From Alphaproteobacteria bacterium (GTDB lineage Bacteria > Pseudomonadota > Alphaproteobacteria > MPNO01): a stretch of 64,000 bases of DNA. The stretch lies in the NCBI GenBank assembly GCA_964291675.2, contig OZ219866.1:3232001-3296000 (forward strand), written 5' to 3'. The notes under the pieces are model-generated. The model saw nothing but the letters and a program-made list of their open reading frames with translations, was not told the origin of the DNA and did not search any database. Positions 19,714-28,420 of the stretch are shown piece after piece; the first letter of the stretch is position 1; the number at the start of each line of letters is the position of its first letter. The translations under genes were made by a program, and so were the position numbers.

Positions 19714-19961
19714 ACTCCGGGGCCGGTATGGGCGGCAATCGCAAAGCGGTCATTAGCAGCGTGATCGAGTACCCGACACCGCACCATGGCGAGCTACACC
19801 CATCTCGCGTGCAAATTCTGGCCGCATTTGACGGAGATTCCGGCGTTATTTGACGGTCCGGGTCCGGTTTTCAGCCGGCCCTGAGGATCGTCGGCGTGGC
19901 CAGCACTCTGGATTAAAGGGCACGATTAGGCCCAGACCTGGGCCGGGATTGAGGATCTTCT

Positions 19962-20549
19962 TTAGTAACTGCCAGACAGGTCTTTCGGCCACAGCCGGTA
20001 AAGATCAGAGCTGCGCACGCGCAATCCGGTGTAGCCGATTGGCTCCTCGGTCTCTGCAAGAGGATCTGTCACCACCGCTTCATCAATGAGATCGAACCGC
20101 ACTCCTTGGGGCGATGCCGGGTTCTTCGGGACAAATATTCTGATCGGTTTGAGACGTCTACATTGCCGGAGAGAAAGACGTTTGGGCATGCCTCTCTCGC
20201 CTTTGGTCCCGATGACTGGAAGCTTGCCGGTGCACATCGCCTTGTGAAGCACCTCAAAGGCGTGACGGTCGGCCCCATCTCGGTAGGAATGGGGGAACGT
20301 CCGAACGTAATGGTCGACGGCTTCTCGGATCGGCATGTCGAATGAGTGGAGGTCCTTGGCGGGAATCTTCCATTTCTGAAAGCCCAGCCGAATTTCATTC
20401 CGATATGTCGCCAGCAGCCAAAAGAACGCGAGCGCTCCGGCTACAAGCCACCAAGTGCCAGCAGAGACATTCGGCCACGCCATTTCTGCTCCCTGTTCCA
20501 AGCAGAAAATGACGGCCGCCCCGACGAGCAAGCTGAACGCTTTTGGCAT
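19962..20549 (-). CDS. Hypothetical protein with two N-terminal hydrophobic segments
   Basis: 195-aa ORF, SD AAGGGG, hydrophobic N-terminus, lower GC; no recognisable motif. Confidence 0.55.
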   Translation of the reverse strand: MPKAFSLLVGAAVIFCLEQGAEMAWPNVSAGTWWLVAGALAFFWLLATYRNEIRLGFQKWKIPAKDLHSFDMPIREAVDHYVRTFPHSYRDGADRHAFEVLHKAMCTGKLPVIGTKGERGMPKRLSLRQCRRLKPIRIFVPKNPASPQGVRFDLIDEAVVTDPLAETEEPIGYTGLRVRSSDLYRLWPKDLSGSY

Positions 20550-21146
20550 CTGCCCCTTCTGTCAGCGAGAGCATCAAGCGTCAACTCTGAGCTTGGCGGT
20601 GCCGATGAGCGTGTACATCGCCGCCGCGCGCACGGCCGCCTCGGTCCGAGCCGGTGAACAGCCACGACTTCCCGGCCAAAGCGATCGTGCATTCATTCTG
20701 CCCATATCGGGCAGGATTGCGTCATCCACTACCGCTGGCACGCACTGTTCGGCCGTTGAGTACGCTCTGAAGCTATCGAACAGCGTGCCGACGCTCCATC
20801 GCCTCCGTCGAGGTAGAGCCGGGGCTGGTCATCAAGATAATCGCCGGATCGATCCCGCGAATGGCGGAACAGCGCCGCCGGCGGGTCCGGTGAGCGCGCG
20901 CACGTTGTTTGATGGTGCGGATTTCGCGTTATTCGATGGGGATCGTCTGCCGTTTGCAGGAAGGCCGGGCGGGGAGTGTCGCGAGGCCGTCGGCGCTTCA
21001 AGCCGCTTCGCGGCTCCTTCGCTCCGCTACGGCCCTTCGGGTGACCCGCCGCCGTCCCCGCGCCAGAGGGCTGCCATGGCCGTAAGCAGAGCTTTCGGCC
21101 ATTGGCCGATCGCTTCAGGCAGTTTCGTGGGGCATTGTGCGCTGGT

Positions 21147-21202
21147 GTTCCCGTTCCCGTTCCCTGCAACGCTTAAGGGTTCGCCGGAACGGGAACGGGA
21201 AG
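21147..21202. repeat. Symmetric iteron-like array (GTTCCC)x3 - CTTAAG - (GGGAAC-like)x3
   Basis: GTTCCC at 21147, 21153, 21159; CGGAAC/GGGAAC/GGGAAG at 21185-21202. The symmetry axis coincides with palindrome CTTAAG (21172-21177), 14 bp after the AAA_25 stop. Confidence 0.8.
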
Positions 21203-21216
21203 AGGGGCTGCTTCGC

Positions 21217-22206
21217 CTACGGGTTGTGGCTGTCCGTCGGGTTGTCGGCTTGGTTCGCCGCGGTTCCGAGGAAGCGGTAGCGACCTCCCGTCCCGCGCTC
21301 GACCCGTCCCTCGCGCACAAGCCCGTGCAGTGCCGCGGAGACAGTCGCGTTGCGTACCCCGGCGCGTTTTCGGATCTCGGACTGCACGAGTGGGGATTCG
21401 GCTGTCGCGAGCACCTGGGCGATCCGCTGTTCGGCGCTGTCCGGCTGCGGCGGAGCCTGGTGAGGTCCTGTCCGCCGGAGCTGCAGCGCTGGTCCTTCGC
21501 CGTCATCGGCAAGCTCGATCTCGATATTGTTGAGGCCGGGTGCGGCGCGATGCTCGGCGGTCATGACGATCTGCCCGTCGCGCCGGCGCAGGTAGAGATT
21601 GCTGTCGCCCCAGGCATGCAGCTCGCTGCTGCCGCGCAGCGCCTGGCCGGGGCGGCTGGCGCCACTCTTGCGAGCGTGGTGGACGAGCAGCACAGCGGTC
21701 CCGAAGCGGCGCTGCAGGTCGCGCAGGAAGCCGAGGATGGGAGCGACTTCCGCAACCGCGTTCTCGTCGACGCCATGCAGGCGGACCAGGGGATCGAGGA
21801 CGAGGAGGCGCGGTCCGATCCGTTCGACGGTCTCCAGCAGCCGCTGCCGGTCGAGGCGATGATCGAGGCGGAGCGTGGGCACGTCGATGACGGCGATGTC
21901 GAGGGCCTCGAAGTCGGCGCCGGCGGCCCGGGCGATGCCCTTGAGGCGGTCGCGCACGATGTGACCGGCGTCCTCGGCGGCGAAGAGCAACACGGTGCCG
22001 CTTGCCGCGGGGCGGAAGTGGCGCAGGCAGGGCACTCCTGCAGCCACCGCGACGGCGAGGTCCAGCGCGAGGAAGGACTTGCCGCACTTGGGCTCGCCGC
22101 CGACGATGCCGACCCCCTGTTCGCTCCACAGGGCATCGACCAGCCACTGCCGCTCCCGCGGCCGCTCCTCGAGTTCGGCCGGTGGCCGTGTCGGGAAGCC
22201 GGTCAT
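21217..22206 (-). CDS. RecA/SF4-type AAA_25 ATPase (RepA-helicase-like) with C-terminal winged HTH
   Basis: WLVD.LW, Walker A GGEPKCGKS, Walker B LLVLDP, LLVHHARK, LRGSSEL; C-term SEIRKRAGVRNATVSAALHGLVREGRV (wHTH). ATGA overlap with the upstream gene. Confidence 0.85.
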   Translation of the reverse strand: MTGFPTRPPAELEERPRERQWLVDALWSEQGVGIVGGEPKCGKSFLALDLAVAVAAGVPCLRHFRPAASGTVLLFAAEDAGHIVRDRLKGIARAAGADFEALDIAVIDVPTLRLDHRLDRQRLLETVERIGPRLLVLDPLVRLHGVDENAVAEVAPILGFLRDLQRRFGTAVLLVHHARKSGASRPGQALRGSSELHAWGDSNLYLRRRDGQIVMTAEHRAAPGLNNIEIELADDGEGPALQLRRTGPHQAPPQPDSAEQRIAQVLATAESPLVQSEIRKRAGVRNATVSAALHGLVREGRVERGTGGRYRFLGTAANQADNPTDSHNP

Positions 22207-23036
22207 CGCCGGGCCCGCCTGGCTGGCGGTGCCTCGCCGAGGGTCTCGATGAAGAGCTTCTCGTCGAGCACCTCGCGATCCTTCTCGGCACCGGCTGCGA
22301 GCACGGCATCAGCCATGACGGTGAGTGCCCTGGGGTTTCCTGCGGCATGGGTGACGAGGGTGTCCCTGAGCCCGGCGGTCATCAGCGCCGGATTGCCGGC
22401 CTCTTCGAGCAGATGGTCGAGCAGGCCGGCCAGGTCGGCGTCCTCGGTCCGGGTCATCAGCAGACGCTGTCGGATACGCGAGGCGATGGGCTGCAGGTCG
22501 GGCTGGCGGAGCCGGTCGAGCAGGCGGTTGTCACCGGCGAAGACGACGGAGAGGATGGCGCGCGAGTCGAAGTCGGTCGACGCGAGCAGGCGGATCTCGG
22601 AGAACACCGAGGGCAGCAGTTCCTGGGCCTCGTCGATGAGCAACACCGGGCGCATGCGGGTGTCATCGAGATGCGCGAGCCAGCGCTGGCGCAGGTTTTT
22701 GAAGCTGGCCCAGCGATTGTTGTACAGCAGGTCGACGCCAAACAGCTCGCCGATCTCGCGGTAGAAGTCCGACAGTCTCGAGGACGGGTGGGTGATGGCG
22801 GCGACCCTGAGCCCGTCGCATCGCCCGAGCCGGTGGGCGAGCAGGCGCAGGGCAACGCTCTTTCCGGTTCCGGGCTCTCCGGCGATCAGTGCGAAGCCGC
22901 CGTGGCGCACGAGATGGCGTTCGATCCTGAGGCAGAAGCTGTCGACGGCGCCAGTCGCCATCAGGCTGTCGACCGGGAGGTCAGGGGCGAACGGGTTCCA
23001 CTTGAGCCCGTACAGGGTGAGGTGTTCGCGGTTCAT
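22203..23036 (-). CDS. ExeA/TniB/IstB-like AAA+ transposition ATPase
   Basis: YGLKWNPF, Walker A GEPGTGKS, Walker B LLIDEAQ, AAGNPR; coupled to the transposase stop (TGATG). Confidence 0.88.
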   Translation of the reverse strand: MNREHLTLYGLKWNPFAPDLPVDSLMATGAVDSFCLRIERHLVRHGGFALIAGEPGTGKSVALRLLAHRLGRCDGLRVAAITHPSSRLSDFYREIGELFGVDLLYNNRWASFKNLRQRWLAHLDDTRMRPVLLIDEAQELLPSVFSEIRLLASTDFDSRAILSVVFAGDNRLLDRLRQPDLQPIASRIRQRLLMTRTEDADLAGLLDHLLEEAGNPALMTAGLRDTLVTHAAGNPRALTVMADAVLAAGAEKDREVLDEKLFIETLGEAPPARRARR

Positions 23037-24490
23037 CAGCGTTCTCCATCATCGCGGGTGTCATCGAAGGCAAGCCATGCCGGCGGCAGGCCGGTTGCAG
23101 CCTGCGCGTCGAGCATGCTCTTGAGCAGCGGCGGCAGTCCGCCTGTCCCCTCGCCGCCCTTGCCATCGTCGTCGCCGGGGCCGATGGGACGGCGCACACC
23201 ATCGGCGTTGCCGCGCTTGTCGAGGGGATAGAGCGTGCACAGCCGTTCGCCGCCCCGGCCGTCGACCAGATCGACGCTGCTGAGGTCCCAGCGCGCATAG
23301 CGGACCCAGGCCTCGCGCAGGTGGCGCCACGGCGGCGGTATCTGGTAGCGGATGTTCTCGACCGAGACGGTGCCGTCCGAGCGCCGGAGCATGCGCTTCC
23401 TCGTGATGCGGAAGGCCGCCTTGAGCTCGGCCGCGCCGGGGCAGGGCCGCGATGCGTCGACGCTCCCGGCGAGGCGCCGATGCGGCGACATGCCGAGTTC
23501 GCGGTGCTCGCGGCGGTGATAGTCCTGCTCCAGCCAGGCGACGGTGGCGTCGTTGAGCATCTTCAGGGTGAGCGCGTCGACGCCTTCGAGCTGGGCCATC
23601 AGGCGTGATTCGACCGTGCCCCAGAAAGTCTCGATCTTTCCATTTTGATGCGGGCTGTACGCGAGCGTCGTGACCCCCGCGATGCCGAGCCGGAGCAACC
23701 CTTCCTCGACCTCGCCGGCGGTCATCGCCGAGCCGTTGTCGGTCAGCAGGGACCGCGGCAGGCCCCGCTTCATCAACGCCTGGCACAGCCCATGGACGAA
23801 GACCTCTGCGGTCTCGGCGAGATACCACTGAAGGTGGCAGCCGAGCCGGGAGTGGTCGTCGAGAAAGCCCAGAAGGATCGGCGTCTTCCACTCGCCCGAG
23901 GCCGTCAGCACACGACACTTGGCGGTATGCATATCGCTGTGCCACAGGGCGTGGCTGCGCGTGACCTCGTAGCTCAGTACCTCGCGGGCCTGGACAGGCG
24001 GCCGCGCCTCGCTCTCGTGCCACTTGCGCCGGCGCTTGCGCACCAGCCCGCGAGCCCGCATCGCCCGGGTGAGCGTCGCATAGGACGGCATCGGGCCGAG
24101 CGCCGGATCGGCCGCGACCAGCGCCGCCAGGTTCTCATGGTGCAGCTGTGCCGACCACGACGGATGCGCCCGGTACTGATCGCGCAACACCTCGATCAGT
24201 GCCGCCGATATCGCCCGTTCGCGGCCGATGTCGGCCCGTGGCTTTCGGCGAAGCGCCTTGACCGGGTCCTGCTCCTGCGCCCGCGCCTGGTAGTACCAGC
24301 GCTCGATCGTGGAGGCCGAGAAGCGCACCGGCCCCTTGCCGGACGGATGTTCCCACTCGCGTCCGGCCAGCCGCTCCAGCTCGGCCCGCAGCTTCCCCTT
24401 CGGCGGCGGCGAGGCCAGAAGCGGCCCGACCACCGCGAAGCGCAGCCGCGCCCACCGGTCGCGACGCTCGCTCCCGTCGTTGCTGTCCAT
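23036..24490 (-). CDS. DDE (rve) transposase, Mu/TnsB/IS481-like
   Basis: N-terminal HTHs (FSASTIERWY; PSYATLTR), catalytic WHSD, FLDDHSR, LTDNGS, QNGKIETFW, Mu-type C-terminal beta region (DGTVSVENIRY). Confidence 0.9.
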   Translation of the reverse strand: MDSNDGSERRDRWARLRFAVVGPLLASPPPKGKLRAELERLAGREWEHPSGKGPVRFSASTIERWYYQARAQEQDPVKALRRKPRADIGRERAISAALIEVLRDQYRAHPSWSAQLHHENLAALVAADPALGPMPSYATLTRAMRARGLVRKRRRKWHESEARPPVQAREVLSYEVTRSHALWHSDMHTAKCRVLTASGEWKTPILLGFLDDHSRLGCHLQWYLAETAEVFVHGLCQALMKRGLPRSLLTDNGSAMTAGEVEEGLLRLGIAGVTTLAYSPHQNGKIETFWGTVESRLMAQLEGVDALTLKMLNDATVAWLEQDYHRREHRELGMSPHRRLAGSVDASRPCPGAAELKAAFRITRKRMLRRSDGTVSVENIRYQIPPPWRHLREAWVRYARWDLSSVDLVDGRGGERLCTLYPLDKRGNADGVRRPIGPGDDDGKGGEGTGGLPPLLKSMLDAQAATGLPPAWLAFDDTRDDGER

Positions 24491-24539
24491 CCCGGCATCC
24501 CTCCCTCGCCCTGTTGGGGAGATGCCGGTGTAAGAGCCC

Positions 24540-25154
24540 CTATCCGTTCATGACAGAAACGCTTTCTGCGGGCGAAGCCGGCCCGGCGCCGAGCGCGCAA
24601 GAACCGGTCCACGGCATCAGCCAGACCAGGCTCCGCAGCAGCCGCGCCCGCAGGCCCCGGCCCCGCATCAGGCGCAGCAGCCGGCGCACAGGCGCTTCCC
24701 CGGCCGGTGTCGCCAGCTCGCCCCGCTTCGCCGCCCACTCCGGGGTCGCCGGGAAGGCGTCCAGCCACCAGCGACGCCAGCGCTTCAGCGTCGAGACCGG
24801 AACCCCACAGCGCCGCGCGATCGTCTGCAACCGCACCCCGCCGGTCAGCGCCAGTGCGCTCACCAGCAGGAACAGCGCACCGACGTAGAACCTCCGACCG
24901 AAGAAACGCACCGAGGCAGGACGCACCCGGCGCCTGCACACCGAACAGCACAGGCTGAAGCGCCGCACATCGTCCCGAAGATCCGCCGCCAGACCGTACG
25001 GCTTGCGAGGGTAGGCCGCGCTGTGAAGCGTCCCGCCGCAGTGAGGACAGCCCACCGCACGGCAGGCCTCCGCCTCGGCTGCGTCGACCTGCTTCAGAAA
25101 GTCCCAAACCCGGGCGTTGCAGAGGATGGAGTGACGGAACAGCTTGTGCGACAT
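24540..25154 (-). CDS. Zn-ribbon + HTH protein (DUF6431-like), first gene of the transposon
   Basis: CPHCGG...FSLCCSVCRRR..P.SVRF, then IARRCGVPVSTLKRWRRWW (HTH). Confidence 0.75.
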   Translation of the reverse strand: MSHKLFRHSILCNARVWDFLKQVDAAEAEACRAVGCPHCGGTLHSAAYPRKPYGLAADLRDDVRRFSLCCSVCRRRVRPASVRFFGRRFYVGALFLLVSALALTGGVRLQTIARRCGVPVSTLKRWRRWWLDAFPATPEWAAKRGELATPAGEAPVRRLLRLMRGRGLRARLLRSLVWLMPWTGSCALGAGPASPAESVSVMNG

Positions 25155-25299
25155 TGGGGCGTCTCAGTTGATGTAGCTGTCACCGAGACAAGCCCTCCGG
25201 CGGCCTTCTTGCAAGATCGCCGGGGGGCACCTTCCCCAAAACCTCGATTAATCCAAGCGGATCAGCCCCCAATCCCCGCTGAAAGCCTGCGCCTGCTCA

Positions 25300-26141
25300 T
25301 CCGGACCGCCGAACGGCGCATCGTCGCGCACATAGACCCACGCCCGGCCGGTGGCGCACTTGCCCCTGGCCAGCACCGGCACCGGGGTATCGTCGCCGTG
25401 CAGCCGGTCCGCCGCCAGCACATGCGCCGCGATCAGGTCGTGCAAGGGTCGGAGCGCCACGGTGCAGGCGCCGACCTGGTCGGCCAGGGTCGACAGGCTG
25501 AGATCGACGCCTTCGCGCGCGTAACGGTCGCGCTGGCGGTTCAAAGGCTGATGCTGCCCATACTTCTCGAACAGGATCATCGCCAGCAGGTTGGGACCCG
25601 CCCAGCCCCGGGGCGTCGCATGAAACGGCGCCGGCGGCTGGCTGATCTTCTCGCAACGCCGGCAGGTGAACTTCTCGCGCACCGTCTGGATCACCTTCCA
25701 CCGGCGCGGGATCGCCTCCAGCGTCTCGGTGATGTCCTCGCCGATCTTCGACAGCTCCGCCGAGCCGCAGCACGCGCAGGATGTCGGCGCGGGCACCACC
25801 ACCCGCTCGCGCGGCAGCTGCGCAGGCAACGGCTTGCGGGCCGGCCTGCGCCGGGTGAACCCTTCAACCCGCGTGGTCTCCGCCGCCGCCTTCTCGGCCG
25901 CCAGCTCGTCCTCCGTCGCGCTCGCCTCGAGTTCGTCGAGCTGGAGTTCGAGTTGGTCGAGAAGACGCTGCTTGCGCTCCGAGCGAGAGCCGAAGAACTC
26001 GCGCCGGAGCTTCTCGATGGTCAGCTTCAGAAAGGCGATCTCGGCCTCGGCGTCGGACATCTTCGCCTCGGCGTTCGCGGCCCGCGCCTCCGCCGCCGCG
26101 AGGGCCGTCTTCAGGGCTGCGATGTCGGTCCCGTCGGGCAT
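25300..26141 (-). pseudogene. tnpC: IS66 transposase TnpC, 5' part (interrupted)
   Basis: FGSRSE, LPRERVV...CACCGS, K.TCRRCE, KYGQHQPLNRQ, LHGDDTPV.VL. Confidence 0.9.
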
Positions 26142-26209
26142 CGGCGGGATCGAATCACAGCGCCCGATTCGCCGCTACAGCAATCCTGGCGGCCGACCCG
26201 CTTTGCCGC

Positions 26210-26557
26210 TCAGCCCGCGCGCGACGGTCGCCAGGCCTGGACCGGGTTCCGCCAATCGATCCCCTCAAGCAGGGAGCCGAGCTGCGCCGCGCCGATCGAC
26301 ACCGCGCCGCCCGACGTCACCGGCCACTGGAACCGGCCGCGTTCCAGGCGCTTGGCATAGAGCGAGGTCCCAACCCCGTCACTCCAGAGAATCTTGACGA
26401 GGTCGCCTTTGCGTCCGCGGAAAATATAGAGATCGCCCGCGTGAGGGTCGCGACCGAGATCCTCCTGGACCTGGAGCGCCAGCGTGTTCATGCCGCGCCG
26501 CATGTCCGTGACCCCGGTCGCCAGCCAGACACGGACGCCGCCAGGAACCGGGATCAT
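26210..26557 (-). CDS. tnpB: IS66 accessory protein TnpB
   Basis: VWLATGVTDMRRGM..L...D.H.G.LYIFRGR.GD.VKILW.DG.G..LYAKRLE.GRF.WP. Confidence 0.92.
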   Translation of the reverse strand: MIPVPGGVRVWLATGVTDMRRGMNTLALQVQEDLGRDPHAGDLYIFRGRKGDLVKILWSDGVGTSLYAKRLERGRFQWPVTSGGAVSIGAAQLGSLLEGIDWRNPVQAWRPSRAG

Positions 26558-26937
26558 CGCCGCGCCAGAACCGAAAGAACCCGCCCCAGAGCCGCGCCGT
26601 CCACCTCCCGGTCGACAATCACACGCGACCCGTCCGCCAGCGCGATCTCGATCCGCCCCGTCGTCGGCTCGGCGCCCGCACCGGCATCCTTCGGAGGCGA
26701 CAGCATGCGATCCGGCTCGACAACCACCGGCACGAAACCGCCTTGCTCGCGAAACTTCCGGCGCCAGTTGAAAACCAGGTTGGCGTTCAAATCATTGCGC
26801 CGAGCGACCAGCGCGACCGAAACCCCCGGCTGATAGCTCTCCGCAACGATCCGGCGCTTCGCCGCCTCGCTCCAGCGGCGCCGCGAAGCAGCCGGCCGTG
26901 CCGGCAACCGCACCCGCTTCTCCTCTGCATCCGACAT
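26554..26937 (-). CDS. tnpA: IS66 accessory protein TnpA
   Basis: RRRWSEAAKRRIVAES..PG.SV..VARR.DLNANLVFNWRR, FVPV.V, IEI.L.DG.RV.V. Confidence 0.88.
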   Translation of the reverse strand: MSDAEEKRVRLPARPAASRRRWSEAAKRRIVAESYQPGVSVALVARRNDLNANLVFNWRRKFREQGGFVPVVVEPDRMLSPPKDAGAGAEPTTGRIEIALADGSRVIVDREVDGAALGRVLSVLARR

Positions 26938-27042
26938 CTGCGATCGTGTCCACTTGGTCCTCGGTGGACATTTCCCAAGTGTCCACTCCCGATCGCACAG
27001 CCTCACACGGTCACACTAATCCGGGAAGGCGGCCCTCGCCGG

Positions 27043-28013
27043 CTTTCAATTACCCACAATTTCGGCTTGCAGGGTTGCTCCGAGTGTTATGTCGTTCAGA
27101 CGGGAGAGACCGCGCCACATGACGATGTTTCCCGGCGGCGGGTCTTTGGCGCGGGCGAGATAGCCTCCGAGCCGGGCGATCTTGGTGAGATACAACGAGA
27201 GTGTCCTTGGCACGGGGAGATCATGGGCTGGGTCGGGGACCAGGCGATCGAGCATGGTCGTTTCCATGTCGGTCAGCACCAAGGCCGGTTCGAGGTCCGG
27301 CTCGGCCCGGTTGAGCATCGTCAGCCAGAACACGCGCCAGCTTAGGATGCAGAACACCGCGAGCAACCGGACCAGCCGCTCGGCGGTTCGCAATCGTGCC
27401 TGTTCCGCCCGACAGCCAGATTTCAGGATCTTGTGGAAGACCTCAATTTTCCAGCGCATGGCATACCCTTGAACTTCTTGCGGTTCCAGAACTTGACCGC
27501 GGCCATCCCCAAGGGCAGCCCGTCCGTCGTCACCGCCAGGCTCGCGTGCATCAGCAGCCCGCAGACCGTGTGCAGGCGGTCGCGGCCCGCCTTGTCCCGG
27601 CCGCTTGCGCCGCCAAGAGAACTCCGTCGTGTCATGCAGTACCAGAATCGGGCCCGCACTGGCCGCAAAGCGGCGCTGCGTGGCATCGAAATGGCCCCGC
27701 AGAATGTCCTCTTCGCTCACCCGGTCGTTGGAAAAGAACCGATAGGCCGCCTTGGTGCCGGCCCAGTCCTGACATGCCGGAGGAATACTCTCTCCGAACC
27801 CGACTTCCATGCGTGCGACCAGCTCGCGAAGACGACCATCCAAACGACCGTCGCCAAGCCGGCACGTCGCAAGTTCCCGATCAAACCACCGTTCCTCCGT
27901 CATCTGCACCTCTCCCCGCGATTCGGTGCCAGACAAGGAATCTCATTCGATTCCGGCTACAGAACAACTTGTGGTCACAGCCGGTCCAATATCAAGATGT
28001 GGGTAATTGAAAG
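27043..28013 (-). mobile_element. Internally deleted IS4-family (IS50/Tn5-like) element inserted in the IS66 left IR
   Basis: TIR CTTTCAATTACCCACA / TGTGGGTAATTGAAAG, 9-bp TSD CCTCGCCGG (27034-27042; 28014-28022). Transposase pieces LGD.RL..R, KAAYRFF.N, HDTTE, Y..RW.IE.FHKILKSGC, LGGYL.R..DPPPG with frameshifts and a missing middle. Confidence 0.9.
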
Positions 28014-28420
28014 CCTCGCCGGAGGCTTACGTTTCATGGTCGCCCGCGGCAGATCCTCTTTGTCGTGGATGCGGAGAACCTCGCCGGTGGCGGTCGGCGG
28101 AGCAATTGGGTCCACGGGTGCACTCACACCTCATCTGAGTACTGAACTACAGCAGAACTTGAGCTTCTCGCCTGACCCGCAGGCGCATCGACAAACCGGC
28201 GAGGAGCCGTCCTGCCCCTAATCGTCACGCTGGCTCCCACCGTCAGCCACTTGCTCTGCTTCGACCAGCGCTGCCTCCCGCCGAATCATGTGAAAGAAAT
28301 GAGCCGGTACACGAAAATCACGACATTAGGCTGCTGGTGTTGAACTTTCTGCTTGGCATTCAACGGACACCTCACTAACCTGTATTTCAAACTATCCTCA
28401 GAAAGCCGAGGACAGAATCG

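Larger units (their letters stand above)
20891..25299 (-). mobile_element. 4,409-bp four-gene Mu/Tn7-superfamily-like transposon with helicase-like gene
   Basis: Ends TGAGCGCGCGCACG / TGAGCAGGCGCAGG (11/14), 5-bp direct repeat TCCGG at 20886-20890 and 25300-25304, cleanly splits IS66 tnpC. Confidence 0.9.
20840..28030 (-). mobile_element. Disrupted IS66-family element (host of two nested insertions; 3' part deleted)
   Basis: IS66 left end GTAAGC at 28030; tnpA-tnpB-tnpC order. TnpC text WVYVRDDAPFGGPD stops at 25300 and resumes as PDPPAALFRHSRDRSGD at 20890. Confidence 0.85.
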
